64,000 nucleotides of DNA from Mobula hypostoma (Eukaryota): assembly GCF_963921235.1 (NCBI RefSeq), contig NC_086118.1, positions 20,338,001 through 20,402,000 of the forward strand, given 5' to 3'. This document shows positions 50,258 to 63,527 of the stretch, one piece after another (the first letter of the stretch is position 1; every line of letters begins with the position of its first letter). The position numbers and the translations under genes are program-made. The notes below the pieces were generated by a model that was not told where the DNA came from, did no database searches, and saw only the letters and a program-made list of their open reading frames with translations.

Positions 50258-52456
50258 TTTCTTTCTTTTTAAATCTTTTTATTGAGTAAGTATACAAAAA
50301 AGGTAAGCCATATAAACATTAATACAATGTTAAAGTATAATAAAATTCCAAAAGATAACAATACCAAAAAGAAAATACTACAAACAATGTAATTTAAGCA
50401 TAAGAAACCAAGATAACATAATAGTATACTAGATTTTATATATATCAATGGAAAAAAAGAAAAAAAAACCCCAAAAAAAAACCCACCGTGCAACTAACTA
50501 AAAGCAAAGCAAAGCAATGGGCTAACTTGAAACCAAACAGAGTTAAACTTAAAATCACGTCCTCAATCCCGACCTCCATTAAAACAGTGAAAAAAAACAA
50601 GAAGGGTAAATATTACATTAAATGAAAATATCGAATAAAAGGTCCCCAAATCTGTTCAAATTTAAATGAAGAATCATAAAGGTTACTTCTAATTTTCTCC
50701 AGATTCAAACATAAAATCGTCTGAGAAAACCAAAAAAAGGTAGTTGGAGCATTAAGCTCTTTCCAATGTTGTAAAATACATCTTTTCGCCATTAAAGTAA
50801 GAAATGCAATCATTCTACGGGCTGAAGGGGAAAGATTACTAGAAATTTTAGGTAGTCCAAAGATAGCAGTAATAGGGTGAGGAGAGATATCTATATTTAA
50901 TACCTTAGAAATAATATTGAAAATATCTCTCCAAAAAGTTTCCAAAGTAGGGCAAGACCAAAACATATGAGTTAAAGAGGCTATCTGCCCCGAACATCTA
51001 TCACAGAAAGGATTAATATGCGAGTAAAAACGCGCTAACTTATCTTTGGACATATGTGCTCTATGCACCACTTTAAATTGAATTAGGGAATGTTTAGCAC
51101 AAATAGAAGAAGTATTAACTAATTGTAAAATCTGCCCCCAATCATCCACAGAAATGGTAAGCCCCAATTCCTGTTCCCAATCTACCCTAATCTTATCAAA
51201 TGGAGCTTTCCTAAGTTTCATAATAATATTATAAATCATAGCCGATGCACCTTTCTGACATGGATTAAGATTAATTATCGAATCTAAAATATATATAGGA
51301 GGAAGCATTGGAAAGGAAGAAAATATAGTACTTAGGAAATTTCTAACTTGTAAATATCTAAAAAAATGTATTCTTGATAAGTTATATTTATTAGATAATT
51401 GTTCAAAAGACATAAGGGAACCATCTAAAAATAAATCCAAAAACCGTAAAATACCCTTAGTCTTCCAAGTTTGAAAAGCGCGATCCGTAAAAGAGGGAGG
51501 AAAAAATATGTTACCTAAAATAGGAATCGCTAACCCGAATTGATTAAGATCAAAAAATTTTCTGAATTGAAACCAAATACGCAAAGCATATTTAACGATC
51601 GGGTTAGAGACCTGCTTAAGGCGTTTCGAATCAAAAGGAAGAGATGAACCTAAAATAGAACCAAGTGTATAACCCTGAACAGATTGTAATTCCAATGCTA
51701 CCCATTTAGGAATAGATAGTATATCCCGGTCAAGTAACCAAAATTTCATATGTCGAATATTAATAGCCCAATAATAAAATCTAAAGTTAGGTAATACTAA
51801 ACCTCCATCTCTCTTAGCTTTCTGTAAATGTATTTTACCCAGTCTCGGATTCTTATTCTGCCAAATAAATGAAGAAATTTTAGAGTCGACTTTATCAAAA
51901 AAAGATTTAGGAACGAAAATTGGTAATGCCTGAAACACATATAAAAATTTTGGCAAAAAAAACATCTTAACTGCATTAATACGACCAATCAAAGTTAAAT
52001 ATAAGGGAAACCATTTAGATGAAAGTTGAGTAATATGGTCTATTAATGGTAAAAAGTTAGTCTTAAATAAATCTTTATGTTTACAAGTAATTTTAATCCC
52101 AAGATATGAAAGGTAATTATTAATCAATTTAAATGGAAATTTATAATATAAGGGAAGATGTTTATTAATCGGAAAAAGTTCACTCTTACTAAGATTTAAT
52201 TTATAACCTGAGAAAAGACCAAATTGTGCTAATAACTCTAAAACAGCAGGAATAGATCTCTCAGGATTAGAAATATATAAAAGTAAATCATCAGCATAGA
52301 GTGATAATTTATGGGACTTTAATCCCCGAGTTATCCCAGTAATATTTGAAGATTCTCGAATAGCAATTGCAAGAGGTTCTAATGCAATATCAAATAATAG
52401 GGGACTAAGAGGACAGCCTTGTCGAGTACCACGAAAGAGAGGAAAAAAAAGGTGAA
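50258..52456 (-). mobile_element. Young 5'-truncated L1/Tx1-clade LINE
   Basis: A-rich tail, perfect 15-bp TSD TTTCCCCCCAAATCC (50243-50257 and 52457-52471). Inserted in a degraded SINE. Confidence 0.92.
50613..52450 (-). CDS. Uninterrupted partial ORF2 of the L1/Tx1 element (RT C-half, CCHC zinc finger)
   Basis: RGTRQGCPLSPLLF, SLYADD, YLGI, CDRC..THMFWSC. About 610 codons without a stop; the first ~27 residues of the listed ORF are flanking DNA. Confidence 0.85.
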
Positions 52457-53038
52457 TTTCCCCCCAAATCCAACAAATGCATAAATGGTCTAATTGTACC
52501 TTAAAATTGCCCCTTAGTGAGGTATGTGGCAACAGATATCATGGGAAGGTTGATGCGCAAGGTGGAGAGTAACTTGTTGGACTGCAAAGAAATAAGACGG
52601 GGAATGGGACTGATAATGAAAACCAGCATGGAATCAATGGGCTAAAAGGCCTCCTTCCTCTTTGCAAAATGTTAATTGGGTATTAAGAGTATATGTTGGC
52701 TTTACCAGTGAAACCACATCATGAAAAATGAATAAATACAAAAATTATTTCATCAAAATTACTTCTCTGCTCTCTTTGCAATACTAGTCAGGACTTTTAG
52801 CATGTGACATCTGAACAGACCACAGAAGTGCTCATTAATCATACAAGTTTAGATTTTATTAATGTTCGGGGATCTGTAATCACAAGAAGGTATGTGTAAG
52901 ATTCTTAAGTAGATGCTATAATTTATTAATCCTGTACCATTCTGTTTTAACAGCATAAAATATATTCTATACTTTCCCTCAAGTGTTCTGCCATTCAATA
53001 ATATTTACTTTGCTATCCCATGCCCGCATACTCTAATT

Positions 53039-53093
53039 TCCACAGCCCTTTGATGAACATCCACAGCCCTTTGATGAACATCCAGAGCCCTTG
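53039..53093. repeat. 21-bp tandem duplication
   Basis: (TCCACAGCCCTTTGATGAACA) about 2.5 copies, inside an old CR1 remnant. Confidence 0.8.
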
Positions 53094-54127
53094 AGGCATA
53101 GAGTTCTGAAGATTTACAACTATGTGCATTGGGGAATATCCTCTGAACCAAATAGCCAACTCTTTACATCTGCCTTCTCCACTGAGAGGAAATGGTGCAT
53201 TGGCTTCATCCTGTCAAGCCCTCCTAGAAGCTTGTATGCCTCAATGTAATTCCCTCCAGCGAGCACAAGCTAATATCCCACAATCTTTTATTATTAAAAT
53301 ACAAGCCATTCGTTCCAGCAGTCCATTTGTTGAATCTATGTTGCACTGATTCTAGGGTAAACACGTCCATTTTTAAAGACGAAGATCAAAACGACACCAA
53401 TACTCCAAGACCTGACTTCCTTTATTTTATATTACAACCAAATGCAATAAAGATCAAGGGGCTGGCTTTGATCTTCCTATTTGTACACCTGAAGATTTAA
53501 CTTCTGAATTTCTGATTCCAGCACAGCCAGATTGCTCAGTGAACCCATTATTCACTAATTTCCCATGCAACACACACAAAATGCTGGAGGAAACCAGCAG
53601 GCCAGGCGGCATCTAGGGAAAAGGGTATACAGTTCACATTTCAGGCCAAGACCCTTCATCTTTAATTTCTCGGTGGGTGAAAAGTGTTCAGCTGTACTGC
53701 TCGTCCTACCTATATCAGTTTTCCTCATATTCTATCAGTTCTGCTGGCTTAACGTGTACAATTCTCTCGGCAGACTCTGCATCCCCCTCGCAGCTAACAT
53801 TCCCTTCTAATTCTGTTGTGTCACCAAACCTGGATGCATTACTTCTAAGCAGAGTTGAAGGAAGAAGCACTGTTTATATTCCTGTTGTAGGTCCTGAAAG
53901 CTGAGATTTGCAGACCTAACACTTTCTGGGTTTTTGAGGCCCATGAAGAGCAGTTAATCACAGTGATCAACATTAGGGAAGACTTCACTAGCACATGTAG
54001 GGAGGAGTCTGCCACCTCAAACCAGCGACATTTTGACTATTATAAAAGGAGTGGGGGAGGGTAGAGAGCAGGAATCAGAAAAGGTGGACACACTTCCAAA
54101 TTGCCTATCATCATCACCCCTTACATG

Positions 54128-54342
54128 TTGTTGTTCCATTGTTTAGTCGAGGCTGACTCTTCGTGACCTCATGGACCATAGGGTCCATAGGGTTTTTATG
54201 GCAAGACAGAGAAGTAAGTTGCCAGGCCTTTCTTCCGCACAGTTACTGCTGCTGCCCAGGTTGGGACCCAGCTGGGTTTAAACTCAGGACCAATCTGCCT
54301 TGAAGACCAGTGCTGATACCACTACACCACCAAATGGCCCTG
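54128..54342 (-). mobile_element. tRNA-headed SINE with an RTE/BovB-like tail
   Basis: Minus strand: head GGTGGTGTAGTGGTATCAGCAC..GAGTTTAAACCC, tail GGTCCATGAGGTCACGAAGAGTCAGCCTCGACTAAAC..(CAA)n. TSD TTACATG. Confidence 0.7.
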
Positions 54343-55044
54343 TTACATGCTAATGGACACTAATCAACCAAGATTGAGATGTCTGACATCCAGCTAAAAC
54401 TGCATTCATAGGGCCAAATCCTCAGCGATGCAATTACATTATTTCTTGCTCCAAATAGCTAGCAGTTGTTTCTTGTGCAAAGATTTCCTTGTGGAAACTT
54501 GTGAAGTGATGCACTAATGTTCCACCATTCACAGTGCAAGTGTGCACAGTGTATCTGGGACCCCTACCAGCATCACAAACACCCTCTGTTGTTGTTCCAA
54601 AAGCTCCCTGTTTAAGTAGCATCTTCCGGCGTTCGCCCGTGCAAAACGTCTATTCAATGCCACGCCCTTCAGCATCTGAGCTGGGAAGTGATGGGCATAA
54701 CAAGGAGAATACCCTGGTGACTTCTACCGAAGAGGAACCTTGTGATCCTCCTGCTGCCTTCCCTAGCCGATGTATAAAGTCCCCATGGGAGATTAAAGTA
54801 ACCAACTGACACTGCTAAAATAATAATTAATTTTATATTAATTCACACGATTATTTGTCACTCACTGCTGACTTTTTTCACTTGATTAAATATGTATGCA
54901 TATGGTTGAATGAGAAGGCATTGTCACCAAGTGGCCATGAATCTCCTGTCGTATTTAGCATCTCCTCCCCTACAGTTAACGTCACTGGTTATTGGTTGGT
55001 GCAACTGTAACAAAACCCAATTTCCCTCGGGATCAATAAAGTAT

Positions 55045-55085
55045 GTCTATCTGTCTATCTATCTATTTATCTATCTATCTATCTA
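55045..55085. repeat. (TCTA)n microsatellite forming the tail of a short Rex1-like 3' end (~54975-55044)
   Basis: CAATTTCCCTCGGGATCAATAAAGTA followed by TCTA repeats. Confidence 0.7.
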
Positions 55086-56339
55086 AGAGTCACATCTGGT
55101 TTTCTGTTTCACCCAAGTGTTTTCTGTACTGAAAGAAAAGCGATATTATTGATATTTCTAGCAAGTGTTTGGTGAGTGGATGGAGAGCATTTGCTACTGG
55201 TGACTATGAGTGTGAAACACAAAGTTGCATAAAGCTGTGGATGGATGTTAGTGCTAGATGGATAAATGAAGAGAGAAATGTTGTACAGATGTGAGTAGGG
55301 ATTAGCATTATAAGAATGCCGTAACATAGGCAATATTCCAGGAAGATGTCTTCAAACTTCTGCATTTACCTCCAGCCTTGCCTTCGTTATGTCAGATGCT
55401 GCCTCACCTGCTCAATTCCTCCAGTATTTTGTGTGTGGTTTTCCTTCTGTCGGTGTAAATTTTTCTTCCTCTTATCTGTAGGGATTAACATTCTCCTGCA
55501 GGTCCCTACATCTTCCATCAGGAATTCCACTGAGGAAGTTGTAAGTCCTAGGGAGCCCTTGCCCTATATGCAGTCTGTTATGTCAACAATTGGTTCGGAT
55601 TTGCAGCCATCTCCATGATCCATCAAATCTCCTATTTGTAATGTAACTTTATGCAGTAAAATTAGGATGTGCACATCTTCAAAATGTCTTCTCAGAGTGT
55701 CTGAGGAAGAGCACTGTTCATGTGATGGCTGTTTTAAAATAGATTTGACAAACAGGCTCAGGTTTGCCATGAACCCCACCCCAACCCACATTGCTGCATA
55801 GTGAGGTTAAAGCACTTCCAGTGTTTAGCAATGCTTTACAACTCCATAGAAACTGCACCATCGCACTAGGGAATACCATCAAATAAAACTGCCATTGAAT
55901 TTATCCCAGTTCTGCCCAGGATGGTGGATGGTTTGTTTCTACACCAGTCCTGTGATTCTCAGTGTGATCTGCATTTTCTGTCACAAGTGTATCAGATCGT
56001 GCTTGTTGGTCAGATATGTGGTTAGCCTGGGAGACAGTGTATTTCTCCCAATACTCGTACTGGATTCTCAATAAATTGACCCGAGAGTCTCAATGTCTTC
56101 CTGAATACACTCCCTCCTTTTTAAGCAGTCTCTCTACAGTCTCTATGTGGCAAGTACAAATGGCATCCACTAATTCACCAATGGCAGGACTGTTGTCAGT
56201 AGAATCTCAGATGATGAGGAGGAGGCATGAATGTGTGAGATAGATCGGCTGGTTAGTGATATTGCAGCAGCTATGCTACACTTAATGTCAGTAATACCAA
56301 GGAATTGATTGTGGACATCAGGAAAGGGAAATTGAGGGA

Positions 56340-58150
56340 ACTCACCAGTGCTAACATTGCATTTACCTTCCACATCACCATCTCAACCTGCAAATTAGCG
56401 TGCACAAGGACTCCCAAGTCCCTTTGCACCTCAGATTTTTGAATTTTCTTCCTGTTTAGAAAATAGTCTATGCTTTTATTCTTTCTACTAAAGTGCATGA
56501 CCACACACTTCCCAAACTGTAATACATTTGCCTCTTCTTTGCCCATTCTCTTAATTTGTGTAACTCCTTCTGCAGCCTCCCTGCTTCCTCGACACTGCCT
56601 GTGCCTCCACATATCTTTGTATCGCCCAGAAACTTGGCCAAAAAAACCATCAATTCCGTCATCCAAAACATTAACATACAACCTAACAAGAAGCAGTTCC
56701 AACACTGACATCTGAGGAACACCACTAGTCGCCAGCAGCCAATCAGAAAAGGCTCCCCTTTTTCCCACTCTTTGCCTCCTGCCAGTCAGCCAATCTCCCA
56801 TCCATGCTCTTATCTTTCCTGGAATACCATTGGCTCTTACCTTGTTAAACCCCTCACGTGTGGCACCTTGTCAATGGCTTTCTGAAAATCCAAATAAACA
56901 ACATCTACCAATTCTCCTTTGTCTATCCTGTTTGTTATTTTCTCAAAGAATTTTAACAGATTTCTCAGGCAAGATTTTCCCTTGAAGAAACCATGCTGAC
57001 TTTGGTCTATTTTACCACGTGCCTTCAAATACCCCAAAACCATATCCTTAAAAATAAACTCCAACATCTTCCCAACCACTGAGCTCAGGCTAACTGGCTT
57101 ATTATTTCTTTTCTTCTGCCTTCCTCCCTTCTTGAAAAGTGGAGTAACATTTGCAATTATCCAGTTCTCTGGAACCATTCTTGAATCTAGTGATTCTTGA
57201 AAGATAATTATCAATGCCTCCACAGTTCTTCAGCTACCTCTTTCAGAACCCTGGGGTGTAGTCAATCTGGTCCAGCTGACTTATCTACTTACAGACCTTT
57301 CAGTTTCCCAAACACCTTCTCCCCAGTAATAGCAACCACACTCACTTCTGCCCCCTGACACTCTTGAACCTCCAGCATACTGCTAGGGTTTCCTACAGTG
57401 AAGGCTGATACAAAATACTTACTCAGTTTTTCCGCCATTTCCTTATCCCCATTACTACCTCTCCAGTGTCATCTTCCAGCAATCCAATATGTACCCTTGC
57501 CTTTCTTTTACTCTATATATCTGAAAAAAAACATTTGGTATCCTCTTTGATATTGTTGGCTAGCTTATCTTCCTATTGCAACTTTCCAAACCCGCCCCCC
57601 CCATGGCTTTTTAGTTGCCTTCTGTTGGTTTTTAAGTTTCCCAATCCTCTAACTTCCCAATAATTTTTGCTCTATTATATGCCATCTCTTTTGCTTCTAT
57701 GTTGGCTTTGACTTCCCTTGTCAGCCATGGTTACATCATCCTGCCTTTAAAATACATTTTCTTCTTTCAGATATATCTACCCTGCACTTTCCAAATTGCT
57801 CCTAGAAACTCCAGCCATTGCTGCTCTGCTGTCACCTCTGCTAGTGTCACCTTCTAATCAACTTTAGCCAGCTCCACTCTCATGCCTCTGTTACTGTAAT
57901 ACTGATACATATGACTTTCACTTCTCCCTCTCAAATTTCAGGGTGAATTCTATCATATTATGATCTCTGTTTCCTAAGGGTTTCTTTACCTTAAACTCCC
58001 TAATCATATCCACTTCATTACACAACACCCTATCCAGAATAGCTGATACCCTAGTAGGCTCAACCACAAGTTGCTCTAAAAGCCATCTTGTAGGCATTCT
58101 ACAAATTCTATCTCTTGGGATCCAGCAACAACCTGATTTTCCCAATCTAC
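56340..58150 (-). mobile_element. CR1 LINE ORF2 fragment (endonuclease end to RT)
   Basis: AILDRVL..LGNRDHNMI, WIIANVTPLFKKG, YLDFQKAIDKVPH, SGVPQ.SVL. Confidence 0.88.
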
Positions 58151-58934
58151 TTGTGGACTTCTGGAGGGGTAAGACTGCATATACCAGTCCCCAGAGAGGG
58201 ATCAGAAGTGGAGAGAGTGAGCAGCTTCAAGTTCCTGGGTGTCAAGATCTCTGAGGATCTAACCTGGTCCCAACATATTGATGCAGTTATAAAGAATGCA
58301 AGACAGCGGCTATACTTCATTAGGGGTTTGAAGGGATTTGGTATGTCAACAAATACACTCAAAAATTTCTACAGATGTACTGTGGAGAGCATTCTGACAG
58401 GATGCATCACAGTCTGGTATGAGGGGGCTACTGCACAGGACCGAAAGAAGCTGCAGAGAGATGTAAATTTAGTCGGCTGCATCTTGGGTACTAGCCTACA
58501 AAGTACCCAGGACATCTTCAAGGAGCGGTGTCTCAGAAAGGTAGCATCCATTATTAAAGACCTCCAGCACCCAGGGCATGCCCTTTTCTCACTGTTACCA
58601 TCAGGTAGGAGGTACAGAAGCCTGAAGGCACACACTCAGCGATTCAGGAACAGCTTCTTCCCCTCTGCCATCCGATTCCTAAATGGACATTGAACTCTTG
58701 GACACTACCTCACTTATATTTAATATACAGTATTTCTGTTTATTGCACGATTTTTCATCTATTCAATATACGTATACTGTATAAAGTATACCGAATAAGA
58801 TTTATTTATTTATTTATTTATTATTGTTATTTTTCTTCTTCCAGATTATGTATTTCATTGAACTGCTGCTGCTAAGTTAACAAATTTCACATCACATGCC
58901 GGTGATAATAAACCTGATTCTGATTCTGATTCTG
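58151..58934 (+). mobile_element. Rex1/Babar 3' fragment of the same family as 19597-20837
   Basis: VSSFKFLGV..RQRLYF..HPGHALFSLLPSGRRYRS. (CTGATT)n tail. Confidence 0.9.
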
Positions 58935-60064
58935 CATATTGAAAACCCCCATGAGTATTGTAACATTGCCCTTTTCACGAACATTTTCTATCTCTTAGAT
59001 CTCATTACTTCCCTTTTTTGAAGTTTGGACTGAACAAAACCTCTTGTCTGCATGCATAGAGTTGCTGCTGCATGATTGGTTGGTGTGCCTAACAAAGTGA
59101 TCACTGAGTATATTTGTGTGTGAGTGTATTTTATTCCATACTGTAGCTCAATTAAAAAATTATATATATAGATAACTAAATGTACTGAAAAATATATTTT
59201 TAAATTTTAATTTATGCTTTATTTTATGTATTTCACCACTGCTGCCGCAAAACAACAAATTTCATTGCATATGTCCCCGATAATAGACTTATTTTGAGTT
59301 TCTATTTCATCATCTGCTATCGAGGATGCAAAAATTGACAGCCTTTCTGAACTGAGCAGGTATGATTAAGGCGACAGTCTTGGAGATATCAACTAAAGAG
59401 GAAGCTGAAAGTGGCTTATTTATCTAGCAATAGATTTGAAGGATTGTTAAGAAGTCTTGTGGTATTTCCACTGTTCCTTCTAAGCTGCGCAGATACACAG
59501 TTGCACAGTAACTGCAATGCTCCTGTGCACATAGCCTTTATGTAATGAGCCTTTTGGGCCAGTGCGGGGAGCTGGAGAGTATTTGACTCTGAGGTTTCCA
59601 GAGCACCTGTACTTGTTCATTGTTGTCTTAACAAGAGCTGTTAAGCCCTGTGCTTTCTGCTTAATCTTGTTGAGTTTATTTTGAACGGCATGGGTTTGAG
59701 CGGACTCCCAATTAGCGCTTATAGCGCTTGCTCCTAACTTTGAGAATGTTGCGTTTCGTGTTGTCGCTCTACCGAGCCAGGAGGTTTTGTTGGAACTCTT
59801 AGTAACAAATCCTGGTTGCCATCTCCACACGAGAGTCTGTTTTCCCTCTGCACTTGAGTTCAGTCTTTGCCAGTGCATACTGTGACTGAAGGACCCATCA
59901 AGATTGTACAGTGACATCCGGACCTTGGTTGGCTTCTGGGCATCTGAACTCTACATTCCCAGTTTCTCGAGTTCACATTCCGAGCTTCCCTAGTCTACGT
60001 TCTAGGTTTTTTCCAAGGTTTTCTAGGCCACCAAAGTTTCCTTGGTCTCCCATGGCCCTCCAGG

Positions 60065-60205
60065 TTTCTGAGTTTTATTCAATGTTTCCAAGGTTTATGC
60101 ACTGTTCCTGAGTTTTATTCCATGTTTCTAAAGTTTATTCAATGATCCTGAGTTTTATTCTATGTTTCCCAGCTTTACTCTATGTTTCCTAGATTTATTC
60201 AATGT
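60065..60205. repeat. Degenerate minisatellite with a ~20-21-bp unit and ~41-bp higher-order pattern
   Basis: Alternating CCTGAGTTTTATTC.ATGTTT and C.A.GTTTAT.CA.TG.T units. Confidence 0.7.
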
Positions 60206-62699
60206 CTCAAGCTTACCAACACTGTCTCAAGATCACCAGGTTTGTCTCGAGTTCCCCGTGTCGGTCTTGAGTTCCACAGGTCTGCCTCAAGTTTAGCAGC
60301 CCTGTATCAAGTTTTCCACATCTCCCTGGGCTGTCAGGTGCCAGCCATAGGGAGGAGGGTAACAAACACAATAGTACTATACAATACAAAATAAAGAAAA
60401 TGCCCAACATATTTAAATATTAATCCATACCATGCCATGTAATTGTTGGAGCTCATTGTTGCATAATCAATCCAATTTACTTGACTTTGTTTACTCCCAA
60501 CGTGAAACAGTTTTGAGCTGAAGAACCTGTCCCAGCGAAACAAATATTTACGCAAATTCCAAGGAAAAACATTGAACTTTCTTCAATGTTGTGTGCTAAC
60601 CAGCTAATTAAAAGTTATCTGCACATTCTCCATGAGAACATTGTCTGCATGAGGATTTTCCAACATCAGTATCTATCCTTCTAAATGGGTTCTGTGAGCG
60701 TTTTACTATGTTCTTCTCCGAAGTTTGTTGCCATTGCCATTCTTCTTTTTTCTCCTTCTTCAATCCCATGCTCCCTCGAAAATGGCTTTCCCAATCTTTT
60801 CCCACACACCCTCATAAAAAAAATGTTAACAAGAGAAACCCTATTAGCTAATTCAACAAGCCTAAATTAATCAACCAAGGTATTTATTTTAAACAGTAAA
60901 AAAGAAATAAATACCCAATTGTATAATGTAATTAAAGGGACACTTATTGTACTTCGAGCAAATATGCAGAAAATAAAATACCTTACAGAATAACTGTATT
61001 AATAAAATAATGGATTGTCTGAAACCAGGGTTTTACATCTAAATAATAAATGTGCCCCGATATTTACTTTGAAACATTTTAGAGCTTCAATATATTTACA
61101 TTGTCAGCATTTCAAGGTACAACGCTACCACAAATTGTAGCAATAAACACAGAATGGAAGTCACTGATGCTAAATCACCGGCTTGCTGAACACCGAAACC
61201 GTGCAGTTTTCAGGCCATGTAAAAATTTCCTGCTCAAAGCAATGGTTGTCCTGTGCAGCTGTAAAAGTGACTGGAGGGAAAATTAAGTGCAGTATCTCTC
61301 CAGTGTTTTGATTTTTCTGCTCCAGCAAGTCCATGTTTTGGAAGCACTGAGGTGGGTAAGATTGGTTTTTGTAGGGTATATGCTGTAATGCAGCAAAATT
61401 CTAAAATGTCTCCTTTCTTTGATTCCCTAGAATTATAAGCTAAGGAAGTGTTCAATATACAAAACAAGAAAATATAATGTGGTGGAGCTACTGCCAAAAA
61501 TACAGCACTGTTTCTCTAGCCCATGAGCGACTTCAACGTTATTAGTTCCAGGTTTCCTATTCTGATTGTCTCCCTCTGTTTGCCCCCGCTACTGATTCAG
61601 CAATTACAACTTAGATCTGTGTATTGCCCTCGTAGTGTGGAGTGTCTGATGGTGATCCACATAAGTGAAAAGGGATGTGGTACCATTGCAATCTGAGGTA
61701 TGTAAAAGTGAATGAAGCTTAAGTTCAAGAGTTAGCTTTTCTAATGTTTATTATGGAGAGAAGAGAGGCAATGAGATGCAAGAATTAGGGAGAATTCCAG
61801 AGCACGAAGCAATAATATTGGGCTAAAATATGCTGCTCTTACCATTTTTGTTTACATCTAAATCTACAATTGCTGTTAAATATCTTTAGTTTTCCAAGAC
61901 ATTTAAAAACCAAAGGGCCAAGGGTTTAGGACCTATGACCTGAGGGCTAGACACTAGAGACAGGCTGTTTGCTGCAGTCTAACCCCAAAACAATGTACAG
62001 CCTTACTCTTCCAACTGAGCTCTGGCCTGGCTGCTGTAGCCATCCTGTGAGGCAAAGCAGAGAGGATCATGACCAGTCAGAAGGCCTACTGGGCCGCAGG
62101 TGGTAGGCCCTGATTTCCTGGCCCTGGAACATCGTGAGGTGTTTGATGTCTTAAAACTGTCTGTGGTAATCAGGGGTATTACGGAACAATTCAAATAGAT
62201 TTACATTTTTTAAAATAGAAAGAGACTAAATTTAAGTAAGCTACTAGATATTAATTAAAATATAAAGGTAAGCAAAATAATATATATCATAAAAACATAA
62301 ACTATAGATTCAAATGAATGGGTTTGTCTTTCTTGGCCAATCTTGGAGTAAAGCTGAGAGTGAGCTGCGAAGTGTCTGCATCTCTCTCTGACTATTGAGC
62401 TGCTGTCGCTAAAGTGACCTCTGAGACATGAGGAGGATATTGCTTGTAGTTTGACCAGGGAGCTTGTTTTAGTCTGGTGAGTTGTTTTCCTGTTCCTTTT
62501 GCTTCAGTTTATTGCTTCGTTGTGTATTACCCAATGAGAAATTATTACAGATCAGTAAGAACACAGAGAAGATGACAACAATTTTGATACAAATTAGGAC
62601 ATGTACAAGTTTACGTTGGGCTCATGGGAGGTAATTGGAAGTCCACCAGAGGTATACTGTGATAGTCAGACCTCAGTATTACTCTGGAATAGAAGTAAA

Positions 62700-63070
62700 T
62701 TTCAGCAACAGGCAGGTTGAAAGGGCTAGATAGAGTAAACGTGGAGAAGATGGTTCTTATGGGGTGGGGGGGGGGGGAAGTCTGGGACCGGAAGGCACAG
62801 CCCTAGAATGCAAGGATGACCCATTAGCACAAAGATTTATTTTGCCAGGAATTGGTGAATCTGTGGAATTCATTGTCACAGACAGCTGTTGAAGCCTAGT
62901 CATTGGGTATATTTGAGGCAGAGGTTAATAGGCTCTTGAGTAGTAAGGCTCAAAGGTTACGGGAGAAGGCAAGTGTCTGGGGCTGAGAAGAAAATATATC
63001 AGCCAAGATTGAATATCAGAGCAGATTCAATGGGACAAATGGCTTAATTCTGTTCCTATGTCTTATTGTT
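62700..63070 (+). mobile_element. CR1 3' fragment
   Basis: GGTGAATCTGTGGAATTCATTG and the AAATGGCTTAATTCTGTTCCTATGTCTTAT tail. Confidence 0.7.
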
Positions 63071-63527
63071 TACATTGAGTTGGAGCTACATCAGATACTG
63101 TTACAAATAAGTGCTTATTGTCTACTCTGATGGGCGGAAAGAAACTACTTGGTTGCTTTAAAGATTAAACCTGTCTATCTTCTCTAAGATCAAAGAACTT
63201 GCTCTGAAACTACTGCAGAATGGAATATGACTGCTATTTTGTTCTTTACTGAATAAATAATTTATTCAGCAATTCTGTGATACTGTTTACACCCTTTCCA
63301 TTATTCCAAGTACAAGAAACACAACTTACTGGAAACCCAACAGAAAGAAAATCATCCACAGTAATCAATCGTCAATAATAATATTAGAATCAATATCAGA
63401 AACTTTTGCTACAACAAGCATTTTCACAAACACCCTTAGAAAAATCAATCTAATCAGTGAATTTGCTGCTTTAATTCCTACACTTGCGTATAAATTTTAA
63501 TAAGCATACCGCATTAAAATGAATTAA

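Noticed and set aside
52451..52532. N-terminus of the 639-aa ORF as a real start
   Set aside because: It lies mostly in the TSD and flanking SINE DNA; read-through from a 5'-truncated LINE.
54534..54809. 91-aa Ser/Pro-rich ORF as a host exon
   Set aside because: No recognised protein and no convincing splice sites.
60065..60205. CRISPR-like array
   Set aside because: Degenerate tandem units without unique spacers, no cas genes, and vertebrate context.
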